Assembly (NCBI GenBank): GCA_048538275.1
Contig: JBLYPW010000001.1
Location: 113,248-177,247 of the forward strand
Length of the DNA: 64,000 nt
Reading direction: 5' to 3'
DNA from: Candidatus Komeilibacteria bacterium
GTDB taxonomy: Bacteria; Patescibacteriota; Patescibacteriia; UBA1558
Position 1 is the first letter of the stretch; each line of letters starts with the position of its first letter. Under the pieces are notes generated by a model that saw only the letters and a list, made by a program, of their open reading frames with translations, did no database searches and was not told the DNA's origin. The position numbers were made by a program, and so were the translations under genes. Below, one piece after another: positions 57,205 to 64,000 of the stretch.

Positions 57205-58358
57205 TTAGGAGGTTAGAATATGTTTTATAGCTTGTTGGTAACGATTGATCGGCTCGGTATGATAATTATTCATCATAAATTCACGAATAGACTGGCTTAA
57301 TTTAGGATGATTAAGTTGATATTGTAGGCATTTTATTAAACTTTTAGCATCATTGGATGATAATAGTAATGAAGGGGCAACTTGTTTGATAATACTTGGC
57401 GTTGCGCCGACCCGAGTGCCTATCACCGGTAAACCGGCAGCCATAGCTTCTAAAGTAGCCAAGCCAAGACCCTCATAAGCCAAAGTGGGGAGAATGAAAC
57501 AGCTGGCTTGTTGGTAGTTTTTTTCAACTCTGCTTCGCTGAGAGCGCCTGTTAATTTAATATTATTATCCAGCTGTAGAGAATGGATTATTTTTTTTAAT
57601 TTATTATAGAGATAACCCTCTCCGACAATGATAAGGTGAGCTTGGGGCCAGATTTTTACCACTTCAGTCCAGGCATTGATGAGCCATTCTAGACCCATGC
57701 GCGGAACCAAACGGCGAACAGTTAAACAATTTATTTCTGAATTATCATTGGGCATAATATTGAAATATTCCGAGCTGACCGCATAAGGCATTAGTGTTAT
57801 TTTGTCCGGATTGACAGTGGGGAAGTGTTGCATTATTAAATGACGTGAGTATTCAGATAGAACCCAGATATTATTACTCTGGTTTAATAATTGTTTTTCC
57901 CAATGTTTTATTATATTAGCAAAGTGGGGCCGAGCAATGGTTGCTAAGCAGCGTTTTGTGATATTGCCGTGTTGCGCTTGATCCAATCCTTGATAGGCTA
58001 TTTCCAAAGCCGTGGAAGCGTGGAACATATAAATAAAGGGAATATTGCTTTTCAGTGATAACCAAGATTTTCCCAACACCGGGTGTTGAATTATCACCAG
58101 GTCAGGTTGCCAGTCACGGACGATTTGAATAAGTGGTTTTCTGCTATTATAAAAATGCGCCCAACTTTGATGAGAGCTAGCAGGGTAATATTGTATAGGA
58201 AAATTATGCTGGCTCGGTTTTTCATAATTAGCCACAGTCAAAACCTGAACCGTGTTGTCGGCTGCTTGCAGCCAGTCCGCCTGTTGAGCAGCTACTTTAG
58301 CCGATCCGCCCCGGCGCGCCGGCCATAATTCTTGGGTTAAAATTAAGATTTTTTTCAT
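57205..58358 (-). pseudogene. GT4-family glycosyltransferase interrupted by a +/-1 frameshift in an A7 homopolymer (57528-57534)
   Basis: The 302-aa ORF carries the N-terminal domain. The 92-aa ORF carries the C-terminal YEGLGLATLEAMAAGLPVIGT motif in another frame. Reading across the A-run restores ...EKNYQQASCFILPTLAYEGLG.... Confidence 0.65.
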
Positions 58359-58379
58359 CTTTATAGAGGGTTTTTAATA

Positions 58380-59174
58380 TTTTTAAGCGCTGGATTAGTT
58401 ACTGGTGTGTAAATTTGGGTAGTTTCTAATATTCTGATAGCCAAGCAACTCTTAAACATAGCGGATAGCAATGCCATTTTTTAATAAATGAGTGGTAAAA
58501 GAATGTCTGAGAGAATGAAAAATACCATTTTTTCTTATACCTGAATTGGGTCAGGCACTCACGAAAATTTTTTGTGCCGTTCTTGCAGTTAGTTTTTCAC
58601 CCCATTCGCTTTCAAAGACAAGATCGTTAGCTGATTTTTCAGTAATTCAATTTTTCAAACTATCAACTAAACTTTTTGGCATTATACTTATTCGGTCTTT
58701 TTGTCCTTTTGCTTATCTAATATACATTATTAGTTCTTCAAAATCTAAATCTTTTACTTTCAGTGTAATAACTTAGCTTACTCGTAATTCTGACCCGTAA
58801 GCAAGCGATAATAGAAGTTGGTGTTTAGTATTTTTGGGAGATTCTAAAATTCTGCTTAGTTCACTTTGAGATAAAACAGTAGGTAAATTTTTTGGTTTTT
58901 TCGCTGATTGAATTTCAATTTTTTGTAAATTTTTAACTATGTTGCGATAGTAAAACTTGATAGCGTTTAAAAATAAGTTTTTGCTTTGGGGTGAAATGTG
59001 TTTTTGTTCACAGTGAAGCAAAAAGTTCTTAATGTTTTCCTGATCAAGTTCCGTAAAATTATTACCTTGGAAAGAAAAATATTGCTGCAAGCCATAGAGG
59101 TAATTTTTCATGGTTTTGGGGCTGTAACTTTTGATCTTTATTTCTTGTTCAGTCTTTTGCAAGTTGGATTGCAT
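58380..59174 (-). pseudogene. decayed XerC/XerD-like tyrosine recombinase
   Basis: An intact N-terminal SAM-like domain ORF (58773-59174) ends ...LAYGSELRVS. Downstream frames carry the box II HSLRHSFTTHLLKNGIAIRYV* and LETTQIYTPV remnants in two different frames, with stops between them. Confidence 0.6.
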
Positions 59175-59597
59175 AATAGGTTTATTATAAGTATAATTAG
59201 CTTGATATTATGTAAAAGGAGCTTATCATTATTTCATATAATATACAAATTATTGCTTAATTATGAAAATAATTCGTATAATAACCAGTTAGCCAAAATT
59301 ATTAGGCAAATTTTTATTTTTTTTCGCACTAAAACAAAAATACTTAAATATGCTAAAATTATCATTTGGTATAAAGATGGTTTCTTTACTTTTGGTTTGT
59401 TAATATTTAAGAATGGTTTTTAAATAAAAAAATAAAATAAAAATTTGCCCCAATAATAACTAGCTATTGCCCAATTGTTTTAAAAAAATTTTCAAATTTC
59501 TTTAATTATTTTAAGATTTTTTTAAAATTTTTTGAAAAGAAAACGCCACCGAAGTTCCTAATGGAAAATGATGGCGTTTTTTTAGAACGAAATGATT

Positions 59598-59813
59598 TCA
59601 GTTGAAATGAGAGTTGGGTGCAACATATTTGGAAACTTTGCACTGGATGATCCCACCTGCACATAAAACCATTGCGCCAACTGTTCGCGCGATAGAAAAA
59701 AATGTTCCCTGCGGCCACGTTGGTGCGCTAAAAAGTTCAGCTTGGTGGGTTACGGCGTATGCCGATAAATATACGGTGGTGATTCCAATTAAAAATATGA
59801 GGTATCTCATTTT
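59598..59813 (-). CDS. small membrane protein
   Basis: A strong RBS AAGGAGGAAGAAAAATG precedes MRYLIFLIGITTVYL; two TM helices. The ORF-track start at 59960 is unlikely. Confidence 0.4.
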   Translation of the reverse strand, partial: KMRYLIFLIGITTVYLSAYAVTHQAELFSAPTWPQGTFFSIARTVGAMVLCAGGIIQCKVSKYVAPNSHFN

Positions 59814-60008
59814 TCTTCCTCCTTTGTTAAATGACCATGTATTGTTGAGCATTAGTGTCAACTGGTTATTATACTCCAAACTGATAAAAATGTCAATAGC
59901 ACGCGCTAAAAAATTCGAAAAAGAGCTTATAATAAGGAAATTATATAGATTTTTTGGCAATTTATTTTAGGTCGAACATAGCTTGTGATATAATTTGATC
60001 ATAAAATT

Positions 60009-60209
60009 ATGGAAAATGAACCAAGACATTTATCGCCATTAGAACTGGCGAAGTCAAGAGAGCAATCAGCATTAGAAGAACATGCGCATTTAGTTAAAGC
60101 GCTTGAAGCTAATCCAAAGGACTCGGAACTTCGCGCCAATGTAGATAGAGCTTACGATGCATGGCAAGAAGCCAAACGTCAGACAGCTCAACTTGAAGGT
60201 GAAAAATAA
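60009..60209 (+). CDS. hypothetical small charged protein
   Basis: 66-aa ORF. Confidence 0.3.
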   Translation: MENEPRHLSPLELAKSREQSALEEHAHLVKALEANPKDSELRANVDRAYDAWQEAKRQTAQLEGEK

Positions 60210-60320
60210 ATTGCCAGAAAATACATTGAAGAATAGAAATTCCTGTTTACATCATATGACGGCGTGTATCTGACTTCGCTTAAATTTTCAAATTTTTTTT
60301 ATTAATTATAGAGGTATATC

Positions 60321-61862
60321 ATGAATAAAAAGATTATATTTATATTACTTAGTACAGTTCTGATAAGTTTTATCGCTCTTATAATATTTTTTATTTTTTC
60401 AAATCAATCAGAGCAAAAAACCACTGATAATACTATTGACGTAGACTCTATTGTCACAGAAACTAAAAAAGAAAATTTGCATCCAATGTCAATTGAAAGT
60501 TTGAGAAACAGAGAATATGTTGGTGGTGATTTTATAATTGAGGAAAAATTATCAAACGGAATAAATTATAAGCAATATATCGTGTCCTATAAGTCAGAGG
60601 GCTTAAAAGTTTATGGACTGTTAATGGTACCTTTGGTAAAGAAGCCTAAAAATGGATTCCCTTCAATTGTTTTTGTGCACGGATATATTCCGCCCAAACA
60701 ATATTCTACTACTGAGAGTTATCCAACGTATCCTGCTTATTTAGCAAGGAATGGATTTATTGTTTTCAAACCTGATCTGCGGGGGCATGGCAATTCGGAA
60801 GGGGACGCCGTAGGAGCCCATTTTTCAGAAAAATATGTAGTTGATACGCTTTATGCAATCTCTTATTTAAAAAATTATACAGACGTTGATCCAAACAGAA
60901 TTGGCTATTGGGGACACTCGAATGGAGGTGAAATTGGGCTACGCATGGTTACCATTTCGTCAGATATAAAAGCAGCTTCGTTTTGGGCTGGTGTAGTTGG
61001 TAGTTATGAAGATATGCTTGAAACATATAATGATAAAATAGGCTTTTTAAGAAATGCCTTCAGCGCTAGCCTAGTTATTGAAAATGGGCTACCAAGTGAA
61101 AATCCTAATTTTTGGAATAAACTAGACCCTTATTTGTATTTAAGTGATATACAGGCGCCTATCCAGTTACAGCATGGTACAAAAGATGATAGCGTGCCGA
61201 TTGAACTTTCTTTACGCCTTAAGGAAGAATTGGAAAAATTAAATAAGTCAGTTGAATATTATGAATATATTGGAGATAATCACGATATTAGTAATAATGT
61301 TGACATTGCCTTCCAAAGAACCGTAAATTTTTATAATAAAAACTTGCCAGAAATAAATAACATAATTCATGAGCCGATTAGCAATTCCTTAAAGCGTGTC
61401 ACTAAAAAACCATTTGGCATTAAAATTGACATCGATAATTCGCCGGTGCAGCCGGAAAAATTTTCTGGATATCATACTGGAGTTGATTTTGAAATTTTTA
61501 CTGAGGAAGAAAATTTAGAAACAGATATTTTAGCCATTTGCGTTGGTCCGTTAATTTCAAAAAGACAGATGACTGGTTATGGTGGCGTAGTAGTTCAGCG
61601 GTGTGAAATTAATAATGAACCAGTTACCGTAATTTATGGACATCTCAAATTGGAAAGTATTTCGAACAACTTAGATGATAATTTAGATCAAGGTCAAAAA
61701 ATTGGTATTTTGGGTCAAAGTTTTAGCACCGAGACTGACGGTGAAAGAAAACACTTGCATTTAGGAATTCACCGCGGGGAAAATATTAATTTATTGGGTT
61801 ATGTCCAGGATCCACAAGATTTAGTCAACTGGATTGATTATCAGAGTTTAATAAATAATTAA
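60321..61862 (+). CDS. membrane-anchored fusion: alpha/beta-hydrolase (S9 peptidase-like) domain + C-terminal M23 (LytM) metallopeptidase domain
   Basis: Ser nucleophile GYWGHSNGG and downstream Asp/His regions in the hydrolase half. The M23 half has YHTGVDF, YGHL and HLHLGIHRG. Confidence 0.65.
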   Translation: MNKKIIFILLSTVLISFIALIIFFIFSNQSEQKTTDNTIDVDSIVTETKKENLHPMSIESLRNREYVGGDFIIEEKLSNGINYKQYIVSYKSEGLKVYGLLMVPLVKKPKNGFPSIVFVHGYIPPKQYSTTESYPTYPAYLARNGFIVFKPDLRGHGNSEGDAVGAHFSEKYVVDTLYAISYLKNYTDVDPNRIGYWGHSNGGEIGLRMVTISSDIKAASFWAGVVGSYEDMLETYNDKIGFLRNAFSASLVIENGLPSENPNFWNKLDPYLYLSDIQAPIQLQHGTKDDSVPIELSLRLKEELEKLNKSVEYYEYIGDNHDISNNVDIAFQRTVNFYNKNLPEINNIIHEPISNSLKRVTKKPFGIKIDIDNSPVQPEKFSGYHTGVDFEIFTEEENLETDILAICVGPLISKRQMTGYGGVVVQRCEINNEPVTVIYGHLKLESISNNLDDNLDQGQKIGILGQSFSTETDGERKHLHLGIHRGENINLLGYVQDPQDLVNWIDYQSLINN

Positions 61863-62426
61863 TCTGAAAGAAAACACTACGAGGACGCTGCGCTTTTGAT
61901 TTCTCACTTTTCATAGAACTTCGGATATGCCGAAACTTTATATTCAATTACCGCGCCTACGAAAATTTATATACTTTATATAATTAGTAAAAATATTATG
62001 ATACAAAAAAAATGGATGTTAGGTTTTTTTGGATTCATAGGTTTTCAAGGAATACCTGGAATTATAAATGGGGACTGGTCACAAGCCATTTGGATTGTTT
62101 GGTTTGCATGGTTTTTTTATTTTATACCAAAAAGCAAATAGGTTTGGCGACTTTGAAATTTACCTTCGGGAGTTTGTACTAAATTTCAGTCATTAGGAGA
62201 ATGTGGTAGGAGTTTCAAGGCTCTGTTTGGTCGCACCTTACTTCGCCCGAATTTTTACCTTTCTTTTCTTTTAGAATATAATAAGGAAGCGGAGAAAAAC
62301 ATCGCATACGCTGGAACGTTAGTTGAAATAAATTTTATCTTTAGTGATAATTTCAAGGTTATTGCTGTAAACAACGAAAAAAAATTTAATTTTTTATTTT
62401 TATTAGTTTTGAGAAATCTTCAATAA

Positions 62427-62726
62427 TTGAGCATAAAGGAAAAAAAGATGATTAAAAAAACGATCTCTACTGGTGTGGTGCATAGAGTGCCTCATGATTT
62501 AAAAAAAGTTTTACTAGCCAATCCCGGCGTGCTGCAAAAATGGAATAGCTTAACGCCTCTGGCTCGAAATGAGTGGATTTGTTGGATCACAATCGTCAAA
62601 AAGGATGAGACGAGAAAAAAACACTTAATACGTTTATGCGCAGATATGCGGCAGGGAAAGAAAAGACCATGTTGTTGGCCAGGATGTCCTCATCGCAGAA
62701 AAAATGCAAAAAAATTGTTTAAATAA
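62427..62726 (+). CDS. YdeI/OmpD-associated-like small protein (putative)
   Basis: WNSLTPLARNEWICWITIVKKDETRKKHLIR resembles that family; a Cys cluster lies at the C-terminus. Confidence 0.4.
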   Translation: MSIKEKKMIKKTISTGVVHRVPHDLKKVLLANPGVLQKWNSLTPLARNEWICWITIVKKDETRKKHLIRLCADMRQGKKRPCCWPGCPHRRKNAKKLFK

Positions 62727-63227
62727 AGGCTAAATCAAATCAAACCTTCCTTTTTATAATAAAAGACGCTGGCTATTTAGCCGGCGCCTTATTTTTAAAG
62801 TTTTTACCAAATTCCCCATGGTGGCATGGGGCAGCCAACATTGTAACCCAGAACTGACATTATAAATGGAATGGCGAACGTACCCATGAGAAGGTAGTTA
62901 TAGAGTTTCTGAAATATACCTGTTTTTTCTTTCACGAAGCGAACCTCCCTTGATTATTTTTTGACCTATCTGGTGATGTGCAGGTACCATATGAACGCTG
63001 ATATTAGCATCCTTTAAAGAAACTTAGCAAAAAAGTGTAAAGTTTTCAAGGTAGCTAGACATAACATAAAGGTTAAAGTAAAAATATCAGGGTAGTGATA
63101 TAGGCTATATAGAAAGATATGATAAACACGTTTGACAAATAAATTTCTATTCGCTAAAGTGGGTAGGCTTGTTGTGCAAGCCACATTGTTCTTTAAATAA
63201 TTTTTGTAGAAAGGAGTATTGGCTAAC

Positions 63228-63458
63228 GGGCGCATAGCTCAATGGTAGAGTGCTTTTTGCCTTGATGTGGCTATGAGCATCCATATAGCTTATTATCCGA
63301 AAGCGTCAATCTTTATAGATTGGAGAGTGAGGGAGAATTACCCTCGTGTGGCGATATGCATTCGCTGTGTATCAGTAAATAGTTGCATTGAGGACAGTTA
63401 ATTAACTGTGGTATGAATACTCGGAAAGTGGGTATCGGTTCGAATCCGATTGCGTCCA
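63228..63458 (+). tRNA. candidate tRNA gene interrupted by a ~158-nt intervening sequence at the anticodon-arm position (possible intron)
   Basis: The 5' part GGGCGCATAGCTCAATGGTAGAGTGC is a canonical acceptor + D-arm. The 3' part GAAAGTGGGTATCGGTTCGAATCCGATTGCGTCCA gives a T-arm (ATCGG/CCGAT, loop TTCGAAT) and an acceptor strand that pairs 7/7 with the 5' end. No CCA is encoded, and the anticodon is not resolvable. Confidence 0.4.
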
Positions 63459-63627
63459 CAAGTATTTAGTTGATTGCATTGTTTAAGGGGTAGAATCTTA
63501 TCTGGTCTTCAATCTTGAAGATGCGAATCTTTGAGGTTATTTTGAGTTCTAGGTTGACAATATTTGTATTTAACTGTATAATTTATTGTTGTTTTGTACT
63601 TTGTAAATTACACTAAAAGGAGGAAAA

Positions 63628-64000
63628 ATGACCAGACTGAGAAAAGATCTACTAAGTAAGCTTGGTTTCAAAATAGCTATCTTTGAAGATCAAGAGTCGG
63701 AAATGGCAGCCGCCCGTCATGCCGTAGAGGCGATGGGTTTAATCCCCGTACCCATGCACAGGTTTAATGATTTCAACGATTTCAGCATAAACAATGATTC
63801 TTTATTGATCGGAGTTTTAGCTGATATCCACATTGCTGGCGTGCCAGAAGGTCTGGGTTTGATAACCAATTGCTTGCAATATGATATACCGGTTTGTGCG
63901 GTAACATATGTAAAGGGGCACGATCTTGACAACTGGAAAGGGCCATTGGTCCAGTTATTAAAACAACAAGGCGTGATTTTCTTTACCAGCAAGGTAGATG
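63628..64000 (+). CDS. hypothetical protein, 5' partial (continues beyond the window)
   Basis: A strong RBS AAAGGAGGAAAAATG precedes an open frame running to the window end (MTRLRKDLLSKLGFKIAIFEDQ...). Confidence 0.45.
   Translation, partial: MTRLRKDLLSKLGFKIAIFEDQESEMAAARHAVEAMGLIPVPMHRFNDFNDFSINNDSLLIGVLADIHIAGVPEGLGLITNCLQYDIPVCAVTYVKGHDLDNWKGPLVQLLKQQGVIFFTSKVD

Noticed and set aside
63228-63458. tmRNA (ssrA) as an explanation for the split tRNA-like ends
   Set aside because: The total length of 231 nt is much shorter than tmRNA, which is about 350 nt. A canonical D-arm is present, whereas the tmRNA tRNA-like domain lacks one. No tag-peptide reading frame with a resume codon is evident.
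63717-63992. 91-aa minus-strand ORF at the window end
   Set aside because: It overlaps a plus-strand ORF (63628 to the window end) that has a near-perfect Shine-Dalgarno sequence, so the plus-strand gene is preferred.

Overview
This is a 64-kb chromosomal segment from a low-GC bacterium with small, tightly packed genes. Gene style and content suggest a CPR/Patescibacteria-like organism, but that is inference only.

Housekeeping backbone: hisS, comF, clpC, radA, recG, the dnaG-rpoD operon, bcp and tsaC.

tRNA content: five intact tRNA genes, Ser(GGA), Ser(GCU), Ser(UGA), Arg(GCG) and Asn(GUU). There is also one 5'-half tRNA fragment and one candidate tRNA interrupted by a ~158-nt insertion.

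Two tRNA-associated mobile elements each carry a large serine recombinase whose 3' end is encoded antisense across the tRNA 3' end.
- Element i, 45-6269 at tRNA-Ser(GGA). It has nested inverted att-like repeats and carries a HisRS gene plus a degenerate HisRS paralog, an HTH regulator and a membrane protein as cargo.
- Element ii, ~33.8-40.35 kb at tRNA-Asn, is an inovirus-like (filamentous phage) prophage. It carries an HUH Rep, a Zot-like ATPase, a pIII-like protein and a pVIII-like major coat protein.

Downstream of the prophage lies an AT-rich accessory island of about 40.5-52.4 kb. It holds a type III R-M system (mod, res). The res gene overlaps an OLD-family ATPase-Toprim nuclease gene, which is followed by a DUF2130-like zinc-ribbon coiled-coil protein.

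A type IV secretion-like cluster with a VirB4 ATPase lies at 11-18.5 kb. It ends in a pilin-like protein fused to a cysteine-rich domain.

Other notable items:
- a repeat family in an ORF-free tRNA-Ser region;
- RpoD with a lysine/alanine-rich basic N-terminus;
- a glycosyltransferase frameshifted at an A7 run;
- a decayed tyrosine recombinase;
- an alpha/beta-hydrolase fused to an M23 peptidase.

All calls come from reading the sequence and ORF translations. No database searches were run.
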